From a virus: a stretch of 64,000 bases of DNA. Below are positions 40,804-52,336 of the stretch, piece after piece (within the stretch, counting starts at the first letter, position 1; each line of letters starts with the position of its first letter). The stretch covers positions 1 to 64,000 of IMG/VR virus record IMGVR_UViG_3300045451_000008; one strand, 5' to 3'. The position numbers and the translations under genes were made by a program. The notes under the pieces are model-generated. The model was given only the letters and a program-made list of their open reading frames with translations. It had not been told where the DNA came from and searched no databases.

Positions 40804-41323
40804 GTGTTGCATACGAGTTGACATCTGACAACCACTGAGGCATGCTGGCGACATGACCGACAACGAGAACATCGACCAGATCCTCAACCCGGGCGCCGTC
40901 ATGGAGGCGTTCGAGCACCTGGAGAAGAACGAGCACGTGGACGAGGCCTCCGCCGTCATCCTGATGGCCGCTCGCGCGTACGCGGACATGGCCGTGGAGT
41001 TCGGCTACGAGTCCTCTGTGCCCAACGTCTTCCTCGCCACCTCGAACCTGATCGCCGTGGACCTCATGGAGAAGGCGCGGCCCACCAAGCAGCTCTACTA
41101 CCGGATCGCCCCGCAGTGGACCGTCATGCCGGAGAAGCCCAGTGCCTGAGGTCATCTTCCTTCCGGGAGCAGGGCCTCAGACCGAGGAAGAGATTCTCCA
41201 GGAACTCATCGACAAGCTGGACCGCGCGGCGCTCATGTCGTGCTCGGACCCTAGCCGCGTCCTCATGACGCTCTACGGCCAGGCATCCGCCGCGCTGAAG
41301 CACCTTCGAGAGAAGAGCAACTG

Positions 41324-41872
41324 ATGACCCGTTCCATCACGAGTGCCGCAGAGCTGAAGGCTCTCCCCGAGGGGGCCGTCGTCCTCGACGCCCAAGAAGA
41401 CGTGTGGCAGCGTCGGGGAGGTGAATGGTGCTCCTACGAATCCGCGCCCGAGATCTCAGAAGTCCTGGCCAAGCGCTACTCCCCCTTCGAGGTCCTGTCC
41501 CCTTCTGGCGAAGACGAGATCCCGGACATCGTCACTCCTTCCGTCATCGAGCTGGCCAGGTGGCTCACTGAGCACAACTACAGCCCGGGTGAGCCCGACG
41601 TAGCCCAGAAGGCTCTCAACGCGCTGAAGGCCCTTCAGAAGGCCGTAGACGAGCCCGTGGTAGCGGAGCTGGATGAGACGTCCGACATCGGCTTTGAACT
41701 GGCCCTGCGCATCGCCGCGGTGACCAATGCCGCGCGCGCCTGGGGCGTTCTCGCCGGAGCCGGGGGTGCTGAGCGAGGGGTCGAGATCCTGACGCAGTCC
41801 CTCAACACCCGCGCGGAGTGGCTCAACGAGTACCTGGAGGCTACCTTCGGCGTCTCCCTTCCGGAGCTGTAG
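41324..41872 (+). CDS. Hypothetical protein with an IT.AELxALPxGxVVxD module
   Basis: Module also present in 29391 (C-terminus) and 38688. Confidence 0.6.
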   Translation: MTRSITSAAELKALPEGAVVLDAQEDVWQRRGGEWCSYESAPEISEVLAKRYSPFEVLSPSGEDEIPDIVTPSVIELARWLTEHNYSPGEPDVAQKALNALKALQKAVDEPVVAELDETSDIGFELALRIAAVTNAARAWGVLAGAGGAERGVEILTQSLNTRAEWLNEYLEATFGVSLPEL

Positions 41873-42827
41873 CCATGATGTCGTTCGATGAAACCATGGA
41901 CAGCGTCAGGCAGCAGCACGGGCGTGACCAGGACGCCGTGGGCCTGTGCGACCACTGTGGGGAAGAGCTTCCCTGCCTCGCACTCCAGGCAGTCTCTTGG
42001 GCTGAGTACGAGCACCACCGTGCACGGCGCTTCCTGAAGACAAATCGGGAGGGCTGGACCCTGGCCAACAACCTCAGGCGTCAGCGGCTCGCGCTCCTGG
42101 AGATCATCACGGGCTTCATCGAGCCGAGCGACCTTCCCCTCTGGAAGCGCATCGGCAACCAGCGGCTCGCCATCCGTGACGAGATCCGCACGCGCGGGAT
42201 GTACGAGCGCATCACCACCTCGACTCGCGAGGAGAACAAGAATCTGCGCAAGCGGATCGAAGAGCTGGAGGCTCAGAAGAGTGAATGACACCGAGAAGAT
42301 CGAGCGCTCTATCGAGCAGCTCGCCATCTACTCCTTCCTGCACGACCAGCACGTCTGGGGTCGGCGCGGTGAGGTCCAGGAGGACGGCAAGGTCCGAGAC
42401 CTGCCCTGGGAGGACGCGGGCATCATGGCGCAGGAGCAGTACCGGCAGGACGCCACCATGACCGTGGGTGTCATGCTGAAGCTCGGCTGGAACCCGCCCG
42501 CATGAGGCTCCTCATCGTGCTGGCGGTCGCAGCCATCGCCGCCTTCGTCTGGTTCAAGCCCGGACGCTGACCGAAAGAAGAATCATGGCTCTCGAACACA
42601 TCTACCGGATGCGCCCCGACGGCTCCGAGGGCAACCTCGTGGCTCGCATCGACCCGCTGGACGTTGACTACCTCATCACCATCCAGGCAGCTCGGGACGA
42701 CAACTGGGTCATCATCGCCAACCCGTCTTTCGCCGCTCCGGACTTCACTCTGGAGGAGTGGAAGGACGCCACCCCCTTCGACAATCGCTACTACCGCAAC
42801 GAACGCGGCTAACCGAAAGGAGCCCTC

Positions 42828-43952
42828 ATGGGCTTGAAGAAGTTCCTCGACCAGCACGGGATCGAGGTCATCGAGACGGATGCCGGAATCCATCTGCGCT
42901 CCAAGCAGGTGCCGTTGGTGACCAAGGTCCGGACCGTGGATGAGGTGATTCAGGAGAAGCAGGACCGCGCCCAGGCAATTCGGCAGAGCCTTCACTACGG
43001 CGCCGAGGCATCCCGCCTCTTCGACGGCGTGCCCAAGAGCTTCCCGGGTGACGGTGTGCCCGAGGGCAAGATCGACTGGGGCACTGAGACCATCCCGCAG
43101 GAGGACTCCGTGGCGCCTCCGGTCAAGCGCGGCATCCTCATCGGCCTGGGAGGTCGTCTCCGCCACGGCAAGGACGAGGTGGCTGACGCCCTGGTGGGTC
43201 AGTACGAGTTCCAGAAGTACGGCATGAGCGACCCGCTCAACGAGGCGCTCCTGACCCTCAACCCCATCGTGGTCGCCACCACCAAGCTCGACCAGGGCGG
43301 GGAGAGCGACCGGGTCGTCTCGGAGAAGGTCTACTACCGCGACCTGCACGCCAGGGTCGGCTACGTCGAGGCGAAGAAGAATCCGGAGGTGCGGCGCCTG
43401 CTTCAGATGCTGGGCACGGATGTGGGCCGCAAGATGATCGACCCGGACATCTGGGTCAAGATCGCTCGCGAGCGCATCGAGAAGTCGCTGTCCGAGGGCA
43501 AGAACGTCGTCATCACGGCCATCCGGTTCCCCAACGAGGTGAGCATGGTCGAGAAGCTGGGCGGGGCGCTGGTCTGGGTCCACCGGCCTGGCAAGGAGTT
43601 CGAGCCGTCCAAGGACGCACACGCCAGTGAGACGAGCGTGAACATCCAGAACTTCCCCATCACGCTCCACAACGACGGGGAGCTGAACCAGATCCCCTTC
43701 CTGGCGGAGACGGCCTTCAAGTTCATCAAGGACAACATCCGTCCCGAGGGCTACACGGGAGGTTTCGGCTACTCCTTCTCGGCCAAGAAGCTCTTCGATG
43801 ACATCCAGAAGGTGGCCAAGAAGCTCAACGGCGCGGCGGTGGGCATCGACCTCGAAGGCAAGGTCACGCTCGCGGTGCCGAAGGGGACCCTCTACGGCAA
43901 GTCGAGTGACACCCGGAGGATGCCCCGGGGCTTCAGCATCATCGGGGACTAG
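42828..43952 (+). CDS. Deoxynucleoside monophosphate kinase (T4 gp1-like) with terminal extensions
   Basis: IGLGGRLRHGKDEVA P-loop; RRLLQMLGTDVGR; W; IRFPNE; HASE. Confidence 0.85.
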   Translation: MGLKKFLDQHGIEVIETDAGIHLRSKQVPLVTKVRTVDEVIQEKQDRAQAIRQSLHYGAEASRLFDGVPKSFPGDGVPEGKIDWGTETIPQEDSVAPPVKRGILIGLGGRLRHGKDEVADALVGQYEFQKYGMSDPLNEALLTLNPIVVATTKLDQGGESDRVVSEKVYYRDLHARVGYVEAKKNPEVRRLLQMLGTDVGRKMIDPDIWVKIARERIEKSLSEGKNVVITAIRFPNEVSMVEKLGGALVWVHRPGKEFEPSKDAHASETSVNIQNFPITLHNDGELNQIPFLAETAFKFIKDNIRPEGYTGGFGYSFSAKKLFDDIQKVAKKLNGAAVGIDLEGKVTLAVPKGTLYGKSSDTRRMPRGFSIIGD

Positions 43953-43962
43953 CTCACCCTCT

Positions 43963-44000
43963 CGAAGGCCCTCTGTCGTGTGGCAGGGGGCCTTCGTTGT
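43963..44000 (+). terminator. Terminator hairpin
   Basis: CGAAGGCCCTCTGTC/GGCAGGGGGCCTTCG stem followed by TTGT. Confidence 0.7.
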
Positions 44001-44644
44001 GAGTTGACATATGACAACCCCCATGGGAAGCTGGAGCCATGGACACGATCAACAAGAAGCTCACGGAGGCTCTGGAGGGCGTTCTGTGCAGGCACTGCGG
44101 CGGTGGCCCCATCGTGGTCGAGAACCGCTTCGAGGCCAAGGACATCGGAGAGTTCTCTCTCGCAGGCGTTCAGATGAAGTTCTCGGGAGGCTTCTGGCCC
44201 TGGGCCAAGTGCCTGAACTGCGGCCACCAGTCGAGGGGTCAGGTCGAAGCATGAGCGGCGCGTTCTGGCTGGGCTACTTCACCGTCCCCCTCCTGCTCCT
44301 CGGGATCTGCCTGGTGTGGGGCGCCTACTCCATCGCCTCCAACCTCTGGAACAAGATTCACGTCGCCTGGTGCGTCAAGGTGCCGCTGGCCAAGGACAAG
44401 GCTCGCGTGGACATCGTTGACGGCAAGCTGGAGATCGACTCGTCCGACAGCTACGTCACCTCGGCCAACCTCATCCGAGACGCACTCCTGGAGAGCCCCA
44501 AGCTCTACTCGATGCACGGGCTCGGATGGCGCATCATGCTGGTGCGCGACATCCGGGACAAGAAGTGACCTCCATCGTCTACGTCCACGGTCAGCCCATC
44601 ATCATCGGCGCTACCGACCAGACCCTCATCTTCAAGGACTCCTC

Positions 44645-45130
44645 ATGGCAACGCACGCGGTCATCTTTGACGTCGATGGCACCCTGGCTGACGTCAGTGG
44701 TGTCCGCCATTACGTCATCCCTCGATTCATCGAGCGAGACGGACGCCTTCGGCCTGCGGGGAAGAACTTCGAGAAGTTCCACGCCGGGGCCTCTCTGGTC
44801 CACCCCGTCCCTGGAGTAGTCGAGGCAGCTCAGGCCCTGCACAAGGCGGGCTTCGTCATCGTCGTCATGACCTCGCGCAAGCAGCGCTGGGAGTTCCAGA
44901 CCATCCAGTGGCTCAACAAGTGGCAGGTGCCGTGGCACCTCTTGGCCATGCGGGACGACGCCGACGAGCGCAAGGACAACCTCGTGAAAGAGGACCTCCT
45001 GAACAAGATTCACGAGCGCTTCCCCGAGCTGAAGGTCCACCTGGCCTTCGATGACAACCCGACCGTCATCGCTCTCTGGCGCCGTCTGGGCATCCCCGTG
45101 GTGCGCGTGCCCGGCTGGATCGAGGACTGA
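44645..45130 (+). CDS. HAD-family phosphatase, polynucleotide-kinase 3'-phosphatase-like
   Basis: FDVDGTLAD; TSR; MR...D.R.D...K; FDDNP...W...G. Confidence 0.85.
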   Translation: MATHAVIFDVDGTLADVSGVRHYVIPRFIERDGRLRPAGKNFEKFHAGASLVHPVPGVVEAAQALHKAGFVIVVMTSRKQRWEFQTIQWLNKWQVPWHLLAMRDDADERKDNLVKEDLLNKIHERFPELKVHLAFDDNPTVIALWRRLGIPVVRVPGWIED

Positions 45131-45975
45131 TGCTGGAACTTCTGGCCCAGTCGGTTGTCTTCTCGGGGATTATTGCGGCGGGGTTGACTGGCTTTGTAAT
45201 TCATCAAAAAGCCAGTCAACCCCGAGCAAGAAATAAAGCAATAGCCGAGGCAGAACATGAGCAGTTGAAATCCACCATGACTGCCATGTTTCACGAGAAG
45301 CAGAAGAGTCAAGCCGACCTATACGAGATGCACACTCAGCTTGCGCGAAACACGGAGAACCGGAAAAAGGTTCAAGTAGCGCTTCAAGAGCTAGATGACA
45401 AGCTCGCTCAGGAACGCGTGGAGAAGTACCGACTGGAAGCAGAGCTGGCTGAGCTTCGTTTGAAGGCTCGCAGGGAGAACAAGACCTACGTCTCTCCCGT
45501 GGGTCACTTCGACATCCCGGAAGGTACTCCCCCAGGGCTTGTATCTCGGGACGAAACCGGTCGCATCACCAACTTCGCTCCCGAGGTGCCCGCCCTCCGT
45601 GTCAACGACGGGATTCACCCGAACAAGCCGACCTACCAGCTCATCGCGGACGAGGACGCTCTCTTCTACACGCTCCAGAACGAACTCCTGGCGCTGAAGA
45701 CTCCTCCGAGCAAGAAGCCCGCCCCTCCCATCTACGGCTCCAAGCCGGACACCACTCCCGCACACACCGTGCTGGACGAACCTCAGAAGGACGACATGAA
45801 CCCCGACATCATCTCCAAGGAGGACCTCTGCATGGCGCTGGGCATCTCCCTCCACGGTGACCCTCAGCTCTCCGTGGAGCACCAGAAGGACGGCTCGTCC
45901 ATCCTCACCTTCGTGCAGACCAAGGGCGCGGCGCCGGTCCGCGCTCGCATCAACCTGGAGATCCTCGATGCCTAA
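45130..45975 (+). CDS. Hypothetical protein (N-terminal TM segment plus coiled coil); 5' part has atypical codon use
   Basis: 281-aa ORF with TGATG overlap; AT-richer 5' third. Confidence 0.5.
   Translation: MLELLAQSVVFSGIIAAGLTGFVIHQKASQPRARNKAIAEAEHEQLKSTMTAMFHEKQKSQADLYEMHTQLARNTENRKKVQVALQELDDKLAQERVEKYRLEAELAELRLKARRENKTYVSPVGHFDIPEGTPPGLVSRDETGRITNFAPEVPALRVNDGIHPNKPTYQLIADEDALFYTLQNELLALKTPPSKKPAPPIYGSKPDTTPAHTVLDEPQKDDMNPDIISKEDLCMALGISLHGDPQLSVEHQKDGSSILTFVQTKGAAPVRARINLEILDA
45179..45224. repeat. 17-bp perfect inverted repeat inside a CDS
   Basis: CGGGGTTGACTGGCTTT (45179-45195) / AAAGCCAGTCAACCCCG (45208-45224). Confidence 0.85.
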
Positions 45976-46612
45976 GGCGCGCGTCTCCCACTGGCTCACG
46001 GAGGTCCGCACGGTGCACTCCCGTGCTATTAGCGCTCTGCGGGCCATGGACTACCTGGAGAAACCAGGTGTGGTCGAGCAGATGTCCAAGTACTACCCCG
46101 ACGAGCAGTGGCCAGACGAGCTGGCTCAGGACATGCGGGCCGACCTCGAACAGGTGGTCTTCCTCCTGGAGCCCTACAGCAAGGAAGCGATGAAGGGGAG
46201 TTGACATCTGACAACTCTTCCCGTAACGTCTCTCTCATGAGCGACTTCAAGGCCCGGCTGAGGCTGGCCAAGCACCTTCTCCGCGGCAATGCCGTCCTGT
46301 ACGGCGTGCACTTCTCTCAGCACGTGGAGCTGGCCGGGAAGATCTCGGGCGCTCCCATCGAAACCGAGGAGTGCTTCTTCGAGGAGGGCGTCAGCTCTCT
46401 GGAAGATGGTCACTACGACCTCTCCTCGGGAGCCGTTCGAGTCAGGAAGGAAGAAGCATGACCCCCGAAGAGAAGCTCGCGGAGATCCTCCGCATGCTCG
46501 ACCAGCACGACTCCCTGGAGCGCGACGAGGTCGAGATCTCCACCCATGGCGGGTGGGTCTCGCTCCGAGACTTCATCCAGGACAACTGACCACCCACAAC
46601 GAAAGAAGAATC

Positions 46613-47068
46613 ATGGGCAACGACTCCTGGCGCGATGAGCGCCGAGAACTGAACCGCGTCGGTCGCTGGGGCATCGGGTGGTGGATCGTCATCGTCGTGG
46701 TGGGGCTCCTCATCAGCGGCGCCGTCTGGGGCCTGACCGTCGCTCTCTCCGGCCCCCGGGGTCAGGGTGACGCGATCATCGAGAAGAACTCGGCCGAGAA
46801 CTGGGTCGCGGCTCAGGCTGGCTTCGAGCGCGACTACCAGGAGATCCTCACCACCGACCTGAAGATCACGAACGCCTACCAGGCGTGGCAGGCCGACACG
46901 GAGGACAAGACCCTTCAGACGAACTACGAGGGTCTGAAGAGCTACTGCCTCAGCAAGGTCTCCAGCTACAACGCCGACGCTCGGTCCTTCCTCTCGCAGG
47001 ACTTCCGCTCGGCCGACCTCCCGTCCGAGATCCCCCTCACCAACTCCACCACCGACTGCAAGGAATGA
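46613..47068 (+). CDS. Membrane-anchored helical protein
   Basis: One TM helix, amphipathic helices, YNADAR motif, two Cys. Confidence 0.7.
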   Translation: MGNDSWRDERRELNRVGRWGIGWWIVIVVVGLLISGAVWGLTVALSGPRGQGDAIIEKNSAENWVAAQAGFERDYQEILTTDLKITNAYQAWQADTEDKTLQTNYEGLKSYCLSKVSSYNADARSFLSQDFRSADLPSEIPLTNSTTDCKE

Positions 47069-47559
47069 CTATGAAGCTGAACCGCATCGGAATGCTCACC
47101 GCGGGAGCCATCGTGGCCTCGCTCGCCCTCTCGGGGTGCGTGACCGACCCGGACGCCACCGCGGCGTACGACAAGCGCCAGGAGCAGCAGAAGGAGACCA
47201 CGCTGAACGACTCCATCGCGCTGGACAACCTGAAGAAGAAGCGCGATCTGGAGAACGACCCGAACAAGGTCCGGTACATCTACCTGATGAACTTCGGCCA
47301 GATCGTCGGCTACTACGTCTCGGTCGGCAACATCACGTCGAACGCGTCGCAGATGGCGCCTGAGCAGGAGATCGTGCGCCGGACCGAGGCTTCCGACGCC
47401 CTCGTGGTCGATTCGGCCTCCGACGACGGCACGTTCGGTGCGGGGGACCCCGGAATCTTCTTCTTCACCTCGGACGGAACCATGGTGGTCACCTCTCTCG
47501 ACTACATCCAGTCGGACCAGCCGCTCGCCATCGACGTTCCCCGCCTCGATCCCCAGTAG
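47065..47559 (+). CDS. Lipoprotein
   Basis: Signal peptide with lipobox LSGC; ATGA overlap with the upstream gene. Confidence 0.75.
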   Translation: MTMKLNRIGMLTAGAIVASLALSGCVTDPDATAAYDKRQEQQKETTLNDSIALDNLKKKRDLENDPNKVRYIYLMNFGQIVGYYVSVGNITSNASQMAPEQEIVRRTEASDALVVDSASDDGTFGAGDPGIFFFTSDGTMVVTSLDYIQSDQPLAIDVPRLDPQ

Positions 47560-50500
47560 TGAACGCTGAATCAATCGTGCGGGACCTCGTTATGTGGCAG
47601 CTCAGGCTTCGTAAGCCTCAGGCCGTCATCAACAACGGGGTCCCGTACCCGGAGCTTCGTGCTCTGGAGCCCATCCCCGAATTCGGACAGGGTCGCCTCG
47701 TCGTCATGTCCGAACTGACCTGGAACATGCTCGTGGAGAAAGTAGGACTGGAAGAGATGCTCAAGCGAATGACGGTCCCTGAGGGGGAGTACGGCCTGGT
47801 GCCGGAAGACGTCAAGGACGACCTGGACTGGAAGCTCTTCAGTGCCGGGACCACCATCTACATCGGCACTGACGGCGTCCGAGTGACCCGGGCTCGCTCC
47901 ATCCAGGAGGCCAAGGACCTTCTCTGGAGCTACCTCCTGGTCCGTGAGGGCTCCTACGAGGCCGCACGCGCCGCTCTGCCGACCGATGAGCAGTGGGCAG
48001 GAGCACGGCGTCGCTGGACCCGTGCCAGCCGCTTGTACGACCGCTGGGCGCCGGGGCGAATCCGCGTCATCATCCTCGACCCGAAGAAGGCATCGTGACC
48101 ATCCAGATCTACGAACTCTCCTACCTCCAGGTCCAGAACATCGGGGAGTACCTCGCCGCGCTGAACTCGGTGGACTCCGAGGACGTGACCCCCTTCGATG
48201 ACAAGAAGGCCTTCGGCAGTGGCTACTACGCCGCCATCGTCGGAGTCATCCCGGTCCAGTCCGACGCTTCCGGCGCCGACGAGCTTCTCGGCTGGCTGGT
48301 GCGTGGTGACCACGAGTGGGGTTTCACCCAGGACCCCGCCCGAGCGAGCCAGGATCCTTCGCTCTACAGCATCAGCACGCCGCTGAAGCCTCCGTTCGCG
48401 TCCCAGCCTCTGCCGTCGCCGTGAGCAGGCCTGACGCTGACGGCATCCTCGTCAAGGAGATCCTGATTGCCCCGAGGCTTCTCGTGGAGCAGGAGAACTG
48501 GGGCGAGATGCAGAACTTCGCACTGGTCATCACGTGGCGGGGTGTCCAGGAAGACGAGGGTGACCGAGCCCGAGGAGGCTACGGCGTCCAGGGTGGGCAG
48601 TTCAAGTGGCTCTCGCGTACGGGCAAGTGGGCTTCGTACGTCGAGCCTTACCAGCAGTGGCAGTACCGCTGGGCCACCATCGAGGAGGCCATGAAGGTGG
48701 CGCTCGAACACCGCGACGACATCAGGGTCAACGGCAAGACGTACTCCGAGTGGTACGGCAACATGAATCAGGAGCAGAGCAATGGCTAAGCACGACGGCA
48801 CCGAGTTCGAGAACGGCGATCAGGTCCGCGTCAAGAAGACGCGGGAGGTCCTCTTCCTCTTCGACATCAACGACAAGAGCGCGAAGGAGCGCGAAGAGGC
48901 GGACGAGTACTGGAGTGAGGCGGCGCGCGACCTCGACACCTACGAGGGCATGCGGGACATCGACAGCCCCGACGATGTCGAGCTGGTCACCAAGGCCAAG
49001 GACGTCATCCCGGCCAAGGTCCCCACGCTGGCGGAGCTGTCCGAGTACGTCTCCAGCGCCCTGCACAGCGGCTTCGGCCCGCTCACCGTGGACGAGTCCG
49101 ACATCGGAACGAACCCCAACGGCAAGGTCGAGTTCTACGGGCGCAGCGCCACGGGCAAGCGCTTCGGTGCGCTCATCACCATCTCCGAGGTTGTGGCTAC
49201 AGACTTCTGAGATGACCGAAGCTACACACTCTTCAAGAGCTGTCCTCGTCCAGAGGCTGGAAGTCCTCAACCGCTATCTCGGCTCGCCTCTCATCGCAGA
49301 AGCGATTGCTGAGCTTCAGGTCAGAGACGCTGGTTTCCAGCGCGGGGCCACTCAGGCACTCCAGTCTGTGTGGGCCAGTGGACAACCTCTTGGAAACGTT
49401 CCTAAGACCGTGGGCGTCCGTATCTCTAGCAGCAAGATTCGCCGGATTGCGGACGCCCTTGGTGCGCATCCCTCCGCTGTCAGCGACCTCAATCGAGGCA
49501 GCGCTTACCAGAAGAGTCAACAGTGATAGTCGTCACCTACCTGCGCGAGGGCAACGTAGACCCCGTGCTCGCGTTCTGCCCCACCACCGAAGGGCTCAGG
49601 GTTACTCTCGACTACATCGAGGCCAAGCCTGGGCTCACCCTCCTCAACCTGAAGGAAGCATCATGACCAAGAAGAAGCCCGTCAAGATCATCGACACCGC
49701 GCTCTCCACCAAGGACTCGCCGTACTTCCCCAAGACCCTGGAGGGCGCCGAGCAGCCCGAGGAGGGCTTCGAGACGGAGCAGGAGGCGGCGGAGTGGTTC
49801 GATGAGGCGAACATCCAGCACGTCTCCTTCGGCAAGCTCAACGCCGAGGGCTCCCGGTTCATCTTCCTCAAGGTCTGACGTGATCGAGGCCGATGAGCAG
49901 ATTCTTCTTGGGACGCTGACGAGGCACGACCTCATGATCGCGTCCCAAGAGAACCTCAATTTCATCAGCTTGCTGGAGCGGCTCGGTCGCATCGAGGTCT
50001 GGGAGCGGAACAACTTCCCCAGCGGTGAGGAATACCGCATCCTGACCAAGACCCCGTGCATCACCGGCCTCAGGTAGTTGACATCTGACAACTCTGGACC
50101 TAGCCTGGCACCATGTCGAAGAGGAAAGCGCAGCGTCACCTGGAGAGCAAGTTCCGTGTCTCTCCCATGGACGAGAACGCCATCAAGCAGAAGCTCGCGC
50201 ATCAGGCCAAGGAGGCAGAGCGCGAGCGAGAACTACAGGGCTACGCGATGCTCCTCGCGCGCCAAGCAGCCGCCCGCATGGGCACCGCATCCTGGGAGGT
50301 ATTCCGATGAAGGCCAAGGCCACCGCCGACTACGCCAAGTACCGCGCCGAGCTGAAGGCGGCAACCGACGCCCTTGGTGTCCGGCCCGTCTCGGACGTCC
50401 GTCAGGAGCTGCACGACCAGCTCATCACCCGGCTCACCAGCAATGTCGATCCCGCGTTCTCCGACGAGGAGGCAGAGAAGATTCTGGCCTACTACGTCGC

Positions 50501-50666
50501 TCTCTCCCGCCAGGACTCCAAGGAGTCCCCGTGACCTGGGAGCTAGTCGGCGCCGCTATCGCGGTGTTCTACATCCTCGTGCTCGTCCCCTTCGCCCTCA
50601 TCGTGGCCACAGTGAGCTTCATGCGCTACTTCCTCCCCACCACCACAACAAGAATCGAGGCTCCGC

Positions 50667-51272
50667 GTGAGCAGTTCTACTCCGACCGGCGCTAAGTCGA
50701 TCAGCGCCAACAAGTACGCCCGCGTCATCGAGCGCGTGACCGGCGTGACCCAGTACGGGCGCGGGTGCATCATGCTCGACATCGAAGGTCCCCTCGTGAC
50801 GGAGAAGGAGATCCGCGGCTTCGGCCTGGAGCCCTACTTCTCCGAGAACCCCAAGCTCTCGTACATCAAGGGCGTCGTCGGGGAGAAGAACGCGCACGTG
50901 ACCCTCCTCTACGGGCTCCTGGACACTGGTGAGGACTGGAAGGAGGCGGTGGACGCTGTGCTGGAGGAGTGGATCACCCCGCTCACCATCCAGATCGATG
51001 AGATCTCGACCTTCCCGTCCACGAACGAGGGGGAGGACTACACCGTCCTCATCGGCAAGGTCCAGGTCACGGACGATCTCCTGGAGGGCCGGGCTCTCCT
51101 GAGCTTCCTGCCGCACATCAACACCTTCACCGACTACTCCCCGCACGTCACCCTCGCGTACATCAAGGGCAAGGAGGAGGACGTGCGCGCGTCCGAGGCC
51201 TTCAAGGAGGCTCAGATCTTCCTTCTCTCCGAGACCGAGCTGAACGTCATCGGCCTGAACTACGGGCGCTGA
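50667..51272 (+). CDS. 2H phosphoesterase, Acb1/T4 gp57B-like anti-CBASS candidate
   Basis: Two HxT motifs, AHVTLLYG and YSPHVTLAY, with spacing typical of the 2H fold. Confidence 0.7.
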   Translation: MSSSTPTGAKSISANKYARVIERVTGVTQYGRGCIMLDIEGPLVTEKEIRGFGLEPYFSENPKLSYIKGVVGEKNAHVTLLYGLLDTGEDWKEAVDAVLEEWITPLTIQIDEISTFPSTNEGEDYTVLIGKVQVTDDLLEGRALLSFLPHINTFTDYSPHVTLAYIKGKEEDVRASEAFKEAQIFLLSETELNVIGLNYGR

Positions 51273-51288
51273 CTCCACCTCGTTCGAC

Positions 51289-51329
51289 CAAACGCCCATC
51301 GGCTGGCCCTGTGCCCCGGTGGGCGTTTG
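51289..51329 (+). terminator. Terminator-like hairpin
   Basis: CAAACGCCCATCGG/CCGGTGGGCGTTTG stem. Confidence 0.65.
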
Positions 51330-51377
51330 CCGTATCCGGGAGTTGACATATGACAACCACCCAGGCAGACTGTAGGC

Positions 51378-51725
51378 ATGAGCACACAGAAGGTATGGGT
51401 CGTCATCGAGACGATTGGAGAGTACGACTACCTGGACACCGCGGTAGTCGGCGCCGCCGCCTCCGAAGAGCTGGCGGAAGAGTTCGCGCAGAAGCACCGG
51501 AGGGCCTCGTTCATCAAGGACGTGGGTGAGGCGTACCAGAACTGGAACCGCTTCCGGCAGAGCGTCCGAGACAACGTCGTCTCTTCCAAGCGCGCGGCGG
51601 AGGTCTATGCCATCCGCGGGTTGGACTGGAACAACTTCTTCACCTTCCATGCGGAAGTGTTCCGCCCCGAAGAGAGCGAAATCGTGGTCCAAGAGCTGGA
51701 CCTCATCACGACAGGAGGCCACTGA
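51378..51725 (+). CDS. Hypothetical protein, VWVV...VG family
   Basis: Leaderless start 38 nt from the motif at 51340. Confidence 0.65.
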   Translation: MSTQKVWVVIETIGEYDYLDTAVVGAAASEELAEEFAQKHRRASFIKDVGEAYQNWNRFRQSVRDNVVSSKRAAEVYAIRGLDWNNFFTFHAEVFRPEESEIVVQELDLITTGGH

Positions 51726-52336
51726 TGGCTAAGAAGCAGTTCACCCCGACCGAAGAGTTGATCCTGGAGGTCCTCGTCGCTCGCACCCGTCTCGGAGAAG
51801 GTCTCTGGACCTTCGAGGGTAGGAACGCCGTCGCCCTCAGCTCCCTGGAGGAGAAGGGTTACATCCGCACGATGCACGGCGTGACCGAGAACACGATTCG
51901 CGCCGTTCTGACCAAGATGGCCACCGCCGAGTTCCTCTCTCCGAATTACCGCCCGCCCATCATCAAGCAGGTCAAGAGCAGCCTCCTCTCGCAGCTCGAA
52001 GAGATGTGCCTCGATGGAGGCAACTTCATCACCCACCGCCAGATCGTGAAGCTCCGCAAGGCGGTGGAGGAGTCGTGACCCACTACAGCGACAACCCCGG
52101 CCACGTCCGCGCCGACTTCTTCAAGGAGTCCGGCAAGTGGTACATGACCGAGACCATCAACATGGAGCCCTACTACAACGAGCTGGACATCTTCGTCGCC
52201 GTGAAGAAGGCCCTCGTTGACTCCGGTCGAGGAGATACGACCCTCATGGTCGTCGTCCTGGAGCCCTACCACCGCAACGCCTACCCCGTCTGCATCCCCG
52301 CGCGGGACTGACCACAACAAGAATCTGGAGAACCAC

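Noticed and set aside
49212-49526. Codon-atypical ORF with an HTH-like C-terminus as a mobile endonuclease remnant
   Set aside because: No HNH or GIY-YIG motif visible; too little evidence to call.
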